Origin: Dendrobates tinctorius
Taxonomy: Eukaryota
DNA: 64,000 nt
Assembly: GCF_039654945.1 (NCBI RefSeq)
Contig: NW_027361827.1
Span: forward strand, 22,630,001-22,694,000
Direction of reading: 5' to 3'
Part shown: piece after piece, positions 48,253 to 60,480 of the stretch
How the letters are laid out: each line of letters begins with the position of its first letter
Position numbering within the stretch: position 1 is the first letter of the stretch
Made by a program: the position numbers and the translations under genes
Notes under the pieces: model-generated
The model's input: the letters and a program-made list of their open reading frames with translations, nothing else
Told to the model about the DNA's origin: nothing
Databases searched by the model: none

Positions 48253-49833
48253 CACCTCATTCAAAGAGTTTTCTTTATTTTCATGACTGAAAATTGTAGA
48301 TTCACTCTGAAGGCATCGCGACTGTGAATTAACACATGTGGAATTATATAATTAGCAAAAAAGTGTGAAACAACTGAAAATATGTCATTCTAGGTTCTTC
48401 AAAGTAGCTACCTTTTGCTTTGATTACTGCTTTGCACACTCTTGGCATTCTCTTGATGAGCTTCAAGAGGTAGTCACCGGAAATGGTTTTTACTTCACAG
48501 GTGTGCCCTGTCAGGTTTAATAAGTGGGATTTTTTGCCTTATAAATGAGGTTGGGACCATCAGTTGTGAAGTCTGGTGGATACACAGGTGATAGTCCTAC
48601 TGAATAGACTGTTAGAATTTGTATTATGGCAAGAAAAATGCAGCTGAGTAAAGAAAAACGAGTGGCCATCATTACTTTAAGAAATGAAGGTCAGTCAGTT
48701 TGAAAAATTGGGAAAACTTTGAAAGTGTCCCAAAGTGCAGTGGCAAAAACCATCATGCACTACAAAGAAACTGGCTCTCATGAGGACCGCCCCAGGAAAG
48801 GAAGACCAAGAGTCACCTCTGCTGCGGAGGATAAGTTCATCCTAGTCACCAGCCTCAGAAATCGCAGGTTAACAGCAGCTCAGATTGGAGACCAGGTCAA
48901 TGCCACACAGTTCTAGCAGCAGACACATCTCTACAACAACTGTTAAGAGGAGACTTTGTGCAGCAGGCTTTCATGGTAAAATAGCTGCTAGGAAACCACT
49001 GCTAAGGACAGGCAACAAGCAGAAGAGGCTTGTTTGGGCTAAAGAACACAAGGAATGGACATTAGACCAGTGGAAATCTGTGCTTTGGTCTGATGAGTCC
49101 AAATTTGAGATCTTTGGTTCCAACCACCGTGTCTTTGTGCGACGCAGAAAAGGTGAACGGATGGACTCTACGTGCCTGGTTCCCACCGTGAAGCATGGAG
49201 GAGGAGGTGTGATAGCGTGGGGGTGCTTTGCTGGTGACACTGTTGGGGATTTATTCAAAATTGAAGGCATACTGAACCAGCATGGCTACCACAGCATCTT
49301 GCAGCGGCATACTATTCCATCCGGTTTGTGTTTAATTGTACCATCATTTATTTTTCAACAGGACAATGACCCCAAACACACCTCCAGGCTGTGTAAGGGC
49401 TATTTGACCAAGAAGGAGAGTGATGGGGTGCTACACCAGATGACCTGGCCTCCACAGTCACCAGACCTGAACCCAATCGAGATGGTTTGGGGTGAGCTGG
49501 ACCGCAGAGTGAAGGCAAAAGGGCCAACAAGTGCTAAGCATCTCTGGAAACTCCTTCAAGACTGTTGGAAGGCCATTTCCGGTGACCACCTCTTGAAGCT
49601 CATCAAGAGAATGCCAAGAGTGTGCAAAGCAGTAATCAAAGCAAACGGTGGCTACTTTGAAGAAACTAGAATATAAGACATATTTTCAGTTGTTTCACAC
49701 TTTAATTATATAATTCCACATGTGTTAATTCATTGTTTTGATGCCTTCAGAATGAATCTACAATTTTCATAGTCATGAAAATAAAGAAAACTTTTTGAAT
49801 GAGAAGGTGTGTCCAAACTTTTGGTCTGTACTG
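48253..49833 (+). mobile_element. Second Tc1 family element; transposase 48626-49676 with stop codon and frameshift
   Basis: [22 protein letters not shown]; long TIRs overlap the ORF end; ends tactg|ta. Confidence 0.95.
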
Positions 49834-50692
49834 TAAATATGTAATCGATATTATACAGTGTGTTACATATTTATAATTTATTACAGTTTTTTGTGTTCTA
49901 AAGTTGTATTCCAATAAATAGATATTCTGTTCTACCTAAATATCTTGATTATTGGATCATAGAAATGATCAAATGTCTGATGTTCACATTGTACTACAAT
50001 AAATTTTTCACTTAAATATAAGCAATATATGTGGGAGTCGGAGTCGGAGTTGGAGTCAGTGTAAGGGAAATTGAGGAGTCGGAGTCACAGGTTTGGCTTA
50101 CCGACTCCACAGCCCTGAATTACAAACTAAAATCTGAGTTTCACAAGACATTGTAAACCATTGTCGTCATAAGACTGACGTTAGAAGGACAGGGCTGTAG
50201 ATGTCAGAGTGGGGGGTTGGGCTAACATTTTTTAATATTGGGAGAACAGTTTTATTTAAGAAAAAAAATGTCAAAAGAGATAAACTGTATGCCAAGCTGA
50301 TTTCAAACAGATTGTGATCCCAACTAACAATGTTGATAGATCAAGATCAGGTAGGATTTGTGCATGGTCGGGAAGCAAGAGATAACACCTAACACCGTAA
50401 GGGAGAAAGGGAACATGCATCCTGTCAATCGATGCTGAAGAAGCCTTCGACAGAGTGCACTGGGAGTTCATATTCCAAGCCCTTGTGAATCTTGGAATGC
50501 AAGAAATCATGTTACAAAGAATAGCAGCCCTTATACATTCCCCCTCAGCTCAAGTTAGGGTTAAATCGATCTCTTTCACACCCATTTCAGATCCATAAGG
50601 GCATGAGGCAGGGGTGCCCCTTAGCACATTTACTATAAGTACAAACCATTGAGCATTTAGCCGTGGCTATCAGAAAAAAAATATTTCAATTA

Positions 50693-51660
50693 AGGGAATC
50701 ACACTCCGGCACCTTCTATCTTCCAGAGATGACGTCCTCCTTCTTGCTTCTGCCGCGGCTCCGGCGTACTTTATCTGCCTGTTGAGGGCAGAGTAAAGTA
50801 CTGCAGTGCGCAGGCACCGGGAGAGGTCAGAGAGGTCCGGTGCCTGCGCACTGCAGTACTTTAGTCTGCGCTCAACAGGGCAGAGTAAGTACGCCTGCGC
50901 AGGAGCCGCAGCAGAAGTAAGAAGGAGGACGTCATCGCTAGAAGATGGGAGGCATCGGACCGCGACACCCATCGGACCGGACGCCGGGGTGAGTATAACT
51001 TATTTTTCTTATCTTTCAGGTTACATCGGGGGCTTATCTACAGCATTATAGCGGTGGCCACATCTTAAGGGCCCGTTACACACAGCGATCTCGCTGGCGA
51101 GATCGCTGATTTTGTGACACATCAGCGATCTCTCCAGCGAGATCGCTGTGTGTGAGATCCAACAGCGATTGGCCCCCCAGCGGGGTATCGTTGATCGTGC
51201 TGGATCGTCCTGGCCTGTTTTTTCATCGCTGGTCTCCCGCTGGCCAGCGCGCATCGCTGCGTGTGGCAGCGGGAGCCAGCGATGAGCGACGCTGCACGCT
51301 GGTTACCAACGTAAACATTGGGTTTCTAAGGGCCGCGGTGCCCTTAGAAACCCGCTGTTTACCCTAGATACCAGCGTGCACTGCAGGCAGGGCGGGAGGT
51401 GGAGGCAGAGTGGCGCACAGACCGGAGTAGCTCTGCTATCTGCTACTCCAGTCTGTCAGAGCGGAGTAGCAGATAGCAGAGCTACGCCGGTCTATGTGCT
51501 CGCTGGTCCTGATCGCTGGACGGGCTATGTGACAGCCCACCAGCGATCAGCTAACAATATCCCAGCGATCCCATACACGTCGGATCATTGGTGGGATTGC
51601 TGGGACATTGTTATGTGTAACGGTACCCTTATAGGTCAAAAATGGGGAGACAGATTCCCT
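50693..51660. mobile_element. T2/Kolobok-like MITE (family of 34159-34760) with left-arm deletion and a nested Harbinger-like MITE at 51069-51628
   Basis: TTAA flanks, gggaatc / gacagattccct; inner element taa|gggcccgttacac ... gtgtaacggtaccc|tta. Confidence 0.85.
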
Positions 51661-54600
51661 TTAACATCTCAATTCAATCGACATTAGTAGCTTAATTACG
51701 TTCTTTACCTTTTAGAGGGCAAACAGACCCTCTTACATACCTAAAATAACTGCAGACATCTTACTTATACAACGTCAAGTTTAGTAGTGCACTGCGCAAG
51801 GCTGAATTAGATTGAGAAATGGAATAAACTCCAATTGTTGTGGTTTGGAAGGATTAATACAATAAAAATGGAGCTTCCGCCTCGCCTTCTATACTTATTT
51901 CAGACAATTCCTCTTTGCCAACCTGCCTCCTTTTTTTCATGACTAAGGTCACCATAACTAAATTCATCTGGTCACAAATGCCCCGTTTATCTTACAACCT
52001 ACTGAGCAGTCTGAAAAAAAAAAAAAAAAAAGCAGTATGTTTCTCAGAGCCTTCACTGGGGAACACACGAACCATGGGTGTATGCTGCTGCCACTATGCA
52101 CAAAAAAGTTAGCTCCTCCTCTGCAGTATACACCCCACCGACTGGCCCTAGGTTAATCAGTTAGTGAGAAAGCAGTAGGAGAAGCAACGAAATAGAGAAA
52201 CAAAATAGACAACTCAAAACTTTAACAATATAACACACTAAAAAGAGCTGATAAACATGGGAAGGTGCTGTGTCCCCCAATGAAGGCTCTGAGAAACAAA
52301 TTTTACAGTAAGCAACCAAAAATCCTGATTTCTCTATCGCTTCATTGGGGGAATCATGAGACGTCCCAAAGCAGTCCCTGGGGAGGGAACAACAGAAACT
52401 CCATTCAGGACGGAGAACTCACCACTGCCAACTGCAAGATCCTCCTACCTAAGCTGGAGTCCGGCACAGCATAGGTATGGACCCTGTAAAATGTGGTGAA
52501 CGTGTGAATGGAAGGAAAAGGTTGCCGTTTTGCAAAGTTGCAGGGCGGATGCCTTATGGTGTACTGCCCAGGAGGTGCCCACTGCCCGGGTAGAGTAAGC
52601 CTTAAAACCAGGGGGAGGTACTTTGTTCTTGACCTGGCATGTTTCCAATATTGCCATTATGATCCAGTGAGCAATCGTAGCTTTGGAGTCTGGGAGGCCT
52701 CTTTGCGCACCCTCTGGAATGACAAAAAGAGTCCGTCTTCCTAAAGGGGGCGGTCCTAGCCAGATAGACCCGCACCGCCCTGACCAGTTCTAACCTGTTC
52801 AGTGAACGTTCCAGAGGATTAATCAGAGCAGGACAAAAGGAAGGGAGGACAATGACCCCATTTAGGTGAAAGGCGGACACCACCTTGGGAAGAAGGTGGA
52901 AGAGGCCGCAAAGCCACCTTGTCCTGGTGAAGAACCAAGAAAGGAGGGCGACATGTAAGAGCCACCAATTCCTTGATGCGCCTAATGGAGGTGAGGACTA
53001 CAAAAAACGCCACCTTCCAAGACAGAAAGGACAGACAGACCTCTCAGAGGTTCAAAGGGAGAACTCCTAAGGGCCTCCAGAACTAGATTGAGGTCCCAGG
53101 GGCCCACAGGTGTCCGGTACAGAGGAGCCGCATGCACTACCCCTTGAAAAGTTCTGACCTGAGAACGCGAAGCTAAATTTTTCTGGAAACGAACAGAAAG
53201 TGCTGACACCTGGCCGTTTAGCTAACCAAGAGCAGCGTCAAGTCTCGCCTGGAGAAACGCCAAAATGGAAGGGAGAGAAAAGGACATAGGCGCGATGTGA
53301 TTATAGACTCATACCAGCTGAAATAGGCTTTCCAAGTCTGATAATAGACCACGGAAGATGACGGCTTCCTAGCTTGGATCATGGTGTTGATCACCCGATT
53401 TGAAAACCAGGAGGCTCTCAGAACCACAGTTTCAACAGCCACGCTGTTAAATTGAGAGACCGAGAATTCTGGTGGCAGATCAGTCCTTGGGACAAAAGAT
53501 CCGGACTGTCTGGGAGCCTCCAGGGGGCGTCCGCAAGAAGATTGATGATCTATGCGAATCAAGACCAGAATGACGGGCACCCCTTCCGCCTTGATCTTCT
53601 TCCACAGCCTTGGAGGGGGAGGGAGGAAACACATAGGGAAGGGCAAGTGACCAGGGTATTGCCAGAGCGTCAGTGCCCACGCGAGAGGATAGCGGGACCT
53701 GGAAACGAACCGTGGAACCTTCCTGTTCAGTCAGCACACCATGAGGGCCACATATGGAGTTCCCCATTAAAGGCAAATCTGATGGAAGACTTCCTGATGC
53801 AGGGACCACTCTCCCGCCACGAGACCCTCGCAGCTGAGAAAGTTGGCGGCCCAATTGTTCGTGCTGGGGATACGTACTGCAGAAATCTCCAGAACCGTCA
53901 CCTCTGCCCAGAGGAAAACCTTGGATACCTCGGCCATCACCAAGGGGCTCCGAGTCCCTCCCTGGTGAGCGACATATGCCACCGCCGTGGCATTGTCCGT
54001 CTGAACTCGGATTGGCAGACCCCTGAGAAGCCTTTCCCAGCAACGGAGGGACAGAAGAATAGCCCTTACCTCAAGGATGTTGATCGGCCGAGAGGATTCC
54101 TCTGCCGACCAACGTCCCTGGACAGTCAGGTGACAAAAGACCACACCCCAGCCTAGAAGGCTGGCGTCCGTCGTCACCACCTGCCAGTGAACAGGAAGAA
54201 AGGACCGACCCTGGAATATGAGAGGGGATGACATATCAAATGAGAGGTCGCTTGACTCGGGAAGAGAGCCGAATGGGGCTATCCAGAGAGAGAGAACAGA
54301 CATGCTCCACTGAGATAGGATGGCCTGCTGAAGTGGTCTTGAATGGAATTGCGCAAAAGTAATCGCTCTCAATGCTGCCACCATCCTTCCCAGGACCATC
54401 ATGGCTGAGCAGAAAGATGGAAGCCAAGGGCGGTGCAGAGAGCAAACCCCTTGCTGGAAGATGGCGCTCTTCTCTTTGGGAAGAAAAACCCTTGTCTGGT
54501 GGGTGTTGAACAGCATGCCTAGAAAAATGAGGCACTGATTCGGAACAAGACAAGACTTTGCCATCTGAAACAGGACAGAGTTTCGAGAACGATGGTCAGA

Positions 54601-56012
54601 GACTTTCCTTGGCCTGAGAAAAAGATGGAGCCTTGATAAGAATGTTGTCAAGATACGGGATGAGCACTAGACCTCTGATCTGCAGAATGGCCAATAACAC
54701 TGCTATGATTTTTGTGAAAACCCCAAGAGCAATTGCGAGACCGAACGGCAGGGAGACAAACTGAAAATGGTCCTGCTGCACCGCAAAACACAGAAATTAT
54801 GAAGATAGGGAAATGGAGATAGGCATCCTGGATGTATACGGAGCACAGAACTTCTGCGCCTCCATGGAAGCAATTATTGAACTAAGAAGCTCCATCCTGA
54901 AATGTCGCAGTCGGACCCTTTTGTTCACTTACTTTAGATCCAGGATGGGTAAAACCACGCCGTTCTTTTTCGGCACCACAAATAGGTTCGAATAAAATCC
55001 TGTGAAACGTTCCCGGTCTGGGATGGTAACAATGACACCTGAACTGAGAAGAGAGGCAAAGGACGCAAAGAAACCCAGAACTAGAGAAGCATCTCTTGGA
55101 AGACAGGATTCGAAGAATCAATCTCGGGGCCGCAAAACGAAGTCTATTTTGTATTTCGGATGATAATCTGGTTCGAGAGGTCAGCCAATTTCTCTGGTCG
55201 AGCTCCAGCAAGAATGAACTGACTGAGCTGTATAGCCCATGCAGCTATGGTCTTTGAAACCCAGGTAGAGGCAAAGGTCGGGCACAATGTACAAGCGGCC
55301 ACTTCAAAGGGAGACTTTGCGAAAGATTCTATGATCTTGTTATTGGAGTTTTTGAGGGATACTCCATTTGTTAGCGGGAGAACCGTGTTGATGGACAGTC
55401 GGGAAACTGGAGGGTCCACAGTTCGAGAAGCGGTCCAGTTCGCAGTGAGCTCAGGGATACAGGATGCCGAGGCGCTTTCCTCTTTGGAAATCTGGTCGGG
55501 ATCTCCCTTTCCCTGACAAGTACCTCCTCAAATTCTCTATGTGCGGCAAAGGCCTTGGGAGCTGGCTTCGACCGTCTAAACGAAACAGCCTGTTCTACGG
55601 GTTCCGTAGAGGTATCCTTAATGTTAATGGTCTGGTTGACCGACACAATGAGGCTCTGGACTATGCCTTTCATATCAGAGGCCTAATCAGCATCCAGGTA
55701 CGAGTCATCCAAAACTTCCTCCTCGACTGCCGGGAGAGACCGGGGGGGGGTGGTTGGGAGAGAGATGGAGCGGGAAGAGGTCCTGGAACGAACGAGAGGT
55801 CCTGGAACGAACGACGCAACTGCCGGGACCTCTTGCGGCCTAAGTTGGTAGGCACAGCCGGCGAGTCCTGCGACCCACTAGTAACAGGGGAGGCCGGAAG
55901 GGGCAACTTGTCAAGAACGGACACCAGGATCTGCGATACCTTGGTGAGGTCTGCCACTGACTGTGACAGAGAGGAAACCCACACTGGGATAAGGGCACCG
56001 CTCTCCTGGAGC

Positions 56013-56215
56013 AGTCAGGGGCTCCTGAGTGGTGAGCACAGAGTCAGGGGCTCCTGAGTGGTGAGCACAGAGTCAGGGGCTCCTGAGTGGTGAGCACAGA
56101 GTCAGGGGCTCCTGAGTGGTGAGCACAGAGTCAGGGGCTCCTGAGTGGTGAGCACAGAGTCAGGGGCTCCTGAGTGGTGAGCACAGAGTCAGGGGCTCCT
56201 GAGTGGTGAGCACAG
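56013..56215. repeat. Perfect 29-bp tandem repeat, 7 copies, within DIRS-E ORF1
   Basis: Unit agtcaggggctcctgagtggtgagcacag. Confidence 0.97.
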
Positions 56216-56363
56216 AGGGGCTGCTGCAGTCCTGACAGAAGGGAGGACTGACCTGAAGGGAGCTTGCATTTACATGAAGAGCATACAAAGTGCCTGATAG
56301 GAGAGGAGGAAGCAAGAGGATGGGAACGCTCTCCTTTAGGATTAGACATGATGAGCAGACTCA

Positions 56364-56436
56364 CTAATGCCAGAAGGTTAGGGGACAGGAAGAGAATGCA
56401 AAGGAGAGTATCAGTCTGCAGCGCAGAGCTTCTCAC
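56364..56436 (-). other. Putative 73-nt intron in the DIRS-E leader, upstream of the ORF1 ATG
   Basis: GTGAGA...CTGAT/CTAAC...pyrimidine tract...TAG|; same length and position as in copy C. Confidence 0.6.
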
Positions 56437-58202
56437 AGTAAGATGCCAGTGTCCTGAAGTCTGCATCCAGGCTGTAGAGCAATTGTAGACAGAGAAAATG
56501 CAGGTCCAGCAGGGAAATGCCACTTTCCGGATCCAAAAGTCGGAAAATGGTGACCGCAAGGAGGATGGAAGGGGCTAGCAGAGTGAAATCGCGGACTGCA
56601 TAGGGGTGGGCGACGCTAGAGAAAAAGCCTGCTCTCTGTGGCCGAAAGAAGGGGAGGAGAAAGATGGCGACGGACACAGAGATTAACTCAAAGCCGGGAG
56701 TAGGAGGGCGGAGCTAGCAGCCGGGTACAGAAAGAGCAAGTGTGGGATCGACGGGCGGGAGAAAAGCCTACCCGAAGAGCTGAAAAGAAGGGGGCAGAGC
56801 CAAACACCGAGACTAGGCCCAAGGGATGCCGGGACCTAGATTAAGGACGGTGACCGCTGAAAAGGGGGAAGCGGCGTGGAGGCCCTAAAAGTGCTGCAAA
56901 AGGTAGCCCAGGACCCAAATTCATACGGAAACAAAGACCCTAGAAATAAAGTTTTTACTTGGATCTTCATTTTTTCCTCATCCTTTGCACTTCGTATCTT
57001 CTTCTTTACTTTAATCTTTACTTGGATCTTCTCATCGCCACTGGAAGGAACCTGGGCAAGAGAGAGAAAGACGTACCTCTCCAGCCAGGAAATTTCAGAC
57101 GTCTGAAATTCCTGTATTGTGGGACGTCCACACCTCCAAAAACCGACAGGCTCTGGGACCAAATCCGGGTCACCTAAACACTCTTCCGTGTTAGGGGTTG
57201 GGGTCCTGCTGACTAGACATATGATACGGGGTGGCAGTAGACGCCGTACTCCTAGTCTCTATGTGGGAGTACAGTTGTGACTGTTCACACTGTATCCCTC
57301 CAGAGGTAGGGGAGAAAATCCATCTAAAAATAAGAGACATTACTGGAAAATGCCGAAAACCGAGATAGATATGGGTCTAGTGAAAGACCCGTGTCCACCT
57401 CCTACTGGCACCAAGCTAAAACTGATTAACCTAGTGCCAGTCGGTGGGGTTTATACTGCAGAGAAGGAGTTAACTTTCTTTTGTGCATAGAGTCAGCCTC
57501 CTATTGGCAGCAGCATACACCCCATGGTTCCTGTGTCCCCAATGAAGCGATAGAGAAATATGAATAGCAATTATCTTACGTTTCTTACTAAAATCGCATT
57601 TATTTTGTTAGTAAATGGCCTCAATACCTGGCCCCATAACACATTTATGATATCCCACTATTCCCAGCATGACTTCATAGAACATTCCTAAACAAACCAA
57701 ACAAGCACTCCATCTTATAAGGCTTTATAATCCACCTGGGTATTAGACCAATACATAGTTTTTTTTTCTCTAACACCAGCATCCCCACAGGTATTTGGCT
57801 TCTTTATACGAACAATTAAGGAGTTTTTGTTTTAATCCATATCAACATACAGTAGACTGACATTTTTAGGCCTCTCGCTCCGTTTGAAGGTCTTTGGCAG
57901 AGGACTATCCGGGACATGCCATCAAGTTATTTCAAGATGACCTGACCACTAATAAACGCCCTTCATTTTTTTTTTTTTTTTTTTACAACATGGGAGGGAA
58001 CACTAAAATTCTTCTATTTGCACAAGTCATCACTCTGATCACTGTCACAGGAGGGGAACTACAAGGCTTTATCAAAATGGTAAGGAAGTCCCTGGACTAG
58101 TCACTCCATATTCCCCATAAAATATCCATATTCCATAAAACAATTCTGGGAAGCAGTATATATTTTATTTAACAAGCTTTCAATGAACAGAATACAGCCA
58201 TC

Positions 58203-59081
58203 AATGTATTTTGCCGCAAAAAATAAGCATCCCATGCATTCCTATGGGATTCCGCAATGCTGTGCCAATGCTGCGGTTTTTACCACGGCGGAATCGCTTT
58301 GCGGTAAAAAATGCAGCATGCTCATTAATTTTGCGGAATCGCGGCGATCTCGCACCCATAGGAATGCATTGTTCTGCTTACTTTCCGCATGTGGATGTGC
58401 ACACCATGTGAAAAGTAAACAGAACATTTGCGGATGGTACCCACGGTCCGGAGGAGAGGAGACTGTCCTCCAGGCTTTGGGTACCATATCCCTGTAAAAA
58501 ATAGAATTTAAAATAAAAAATATTGCTATTCTCACCTTCCGACGTCCCGTGCAGCCTTCCCGCCTCTCTCCACGCTCCCGATCCCAGTAAGCCTTTGCGA
58601 GCGATGACGTCCATTCTCGCGGGATCGCGAAGTCTCACGGTCATCGCGAATGACCGCGAGACGTCGCGATCCCACGAGAACAGACGTCATCGCGGTAATT
58701 GTCGCAAAGGATTACTGGGACCGGGACCGTGGAGAGAGGCGGGAAGGCTGCGTGGGACGTCGGAAGGTGAGAATAACTATTTTTTTTATTATTATTTTTT
58801 ACATTCTATCTTTTACTATTGATGCCACATAGGCGGCCTCAATAGTAAAATGTTGGTCACATTCGTCAAACACTATGTTTGACAAGTGTGACCAACCTGT
58901 CAATCAGTTCTCCAAGTGATGCTCTAGATCGCTTGGAAAACGCTAGCAATTCTGCAAGCTAATTACACTTGCAAAATGCTAGTTTTTCAGCGGGAAAATC
59001 GTGCAAATTTAAAATGCGATTTTCCCGCGGAATGGAATTCTGGAATTCTCGCGGTAATTTCCGCTACGTGTGAACCCAGCC
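58203..59081. mobile_element. Harbinger-like MITE (left end lost) with central palindrome at 58520-58780
   Basis: Ends cgtgtgaacccagcc|tta. Confidence 0.7.
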
Positions 59082-59430
59082 TTAACGGTATTTCTGAGCC
59101 CACGACGGCACCATGGAGAGAGGGGATCTGCCTCACGGGGACAGGAAACCTACAGATAAAAAGGCGGTACCTCTCTCCCGCATCAGTTGTTTTACAGAGT
59201 ATTAACGGAACAACTTTAAGAAAAAGGAAATTTCTATAATCATTAAACTGCGTAAAGGAGACACCACGTGACTTTCTGACTAAACTGTATTTACAATAAG
59301 TGCGCACCCCACGCGTGTAGGGAGGGAATATACGGGTGCCGTCATGGGTTCAGAGAAATACCGTTAACGGTAAGTAACTACAATTTTCTCTTTCCCCCAT
59401 GACGGCACCACGGAGAGAATTGCAGAGACT

Positions 59431-60480
59431 ATTAGGGGGGACCACTGCCTCCAGCATCCTTCTACCAAAGGTTAGATCTGAGGAGGTGGCTAGGTCCAGC
59501 TGATAGTGGTTGGAAAAGGTTGAAGGAGAGGACCAAGTGGTGGCTCTACATATCTGCTCAATGGAGACGCCTGCTCTCTCTGCCCAGGAAGTTGACACCG
59601 CTCTTGTAGAATGGGCTGTTATTCTGTCTGGGACATCCGCCCCCTGCGACGAGTACGACAAGGTGATGGTGTCTCTTATCCACCTTGCCAGCGTGCCCTT
59701 CGATGCCTTTCGCCCCTTTCTTGGTCCCTGGAAGCAGACAAAAAGAGACCTATCCTTTCTACACTCCCTGGTGGCCGCTAGGTACTCAATTAGGCATCTT
59801 CTCACATCTAATGTGTGTAACACTTCTTCCCCCCGGTTTTTGGGATTGGGGCAAAAGGAGGGGAGGGAGATTTCCTGAGTTCTGTGGAATCGGGATGCTA
59901 CCTTCGGCAGGTAGGCTGGGTCTGTTCTAAGTACCACCCTGTCCTCTAGGATCTGTGTAAACGGAGGGAAGGCTGACAGGGCCTGGATATCACTGATTCT
60001 ACGGGCCGATGTCAGGGCTATCAGAAGGGAGGTCTTGAGTGATATCAGTTTTAGTGGGGCCTCTTGTAACAGTTCAAAGGGAGGTTTTGACAGGACTGAG
60101 AGGACTAAGTTTACATCCCAGGGAGGAGTGTTTAGGGAAGGCATAGGTCTGGATCTACCGGCTGCCTTAATGAACCTGGCCACCCAACGGTTCCCTGCCA
60201 AGTCATAGTTGTAAAGGGCTCCTAAGGCCGCCACCTGAACTTTCAATGTGCTAGTAGCTAACCCTTGCTCTAAGCCCTTCTGCAAGAACTCCAAGATCCC
60301 CCTGCCCTGGTGTTTGATACCGAGAGGAACTTCCTCCAGATCCTCCCGTACAGTTTAGTGGTTACCGGTTTCCTACTCTGTAAGAGAGTGGACACAATTT
60401 TTGGAGAAGCCTCTGCTGCTCAACAGAGCCCTTTCAAATTCCAGGCCGTCATATGTAGGTTCTCCATCCGAGGGTGCAGT
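59431..60480 (-). pseudogene. DIRS-F tyrosine recombinase; catalytic domain uninterrupted
   Basis: ORF 59350..60294 is colinear with the YR of copy B. Confidence 0.9.

Larger units (their letters stand above)
45302..50117. mobile_element. hAT-like non-autonomous element hosting four nested insertions
   Basis: TIRs cagggctgtggagtcgg / ccgactccacagccctg; subterminal ggagtc repeats; imperfect duplication aatacaaac / aattacaaac. Confidence 0.8.
52040..57558 (-). mobile_element. DIRS copy E (related to C), decayed; internal deletion near 55160; 3' tip lost
   Basis: ITRs 52055-52163 and 57419-57558; ICR 52266-52352; gag CSSC finger, YLDN, TTDAS, AYSTRAV. Confidence 0.93.
50255..58200 (+). mobile_element. 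Decayed L1 ORF2 in pieces (50255-50690, 51665-52010, about 57560-58200), split by a MITE and by DIRS-E
   Basis: LSIDAEEAFDRVHWE, GMRQGCPL, WFGRINTIKM..PR.LYLFQTIP; the third piece is assigned mainly by position. Confidence 0.75.

Noticed and set aside
47965-48264. ORFs containing long X runs
   Set aside because: Artefacts of the N gap.
56013-56215. CRISPR-like appearance of the 29-bp repeats
   Set aside because: There are no spacers, the units are head to tail, and the context is eukaryotic.
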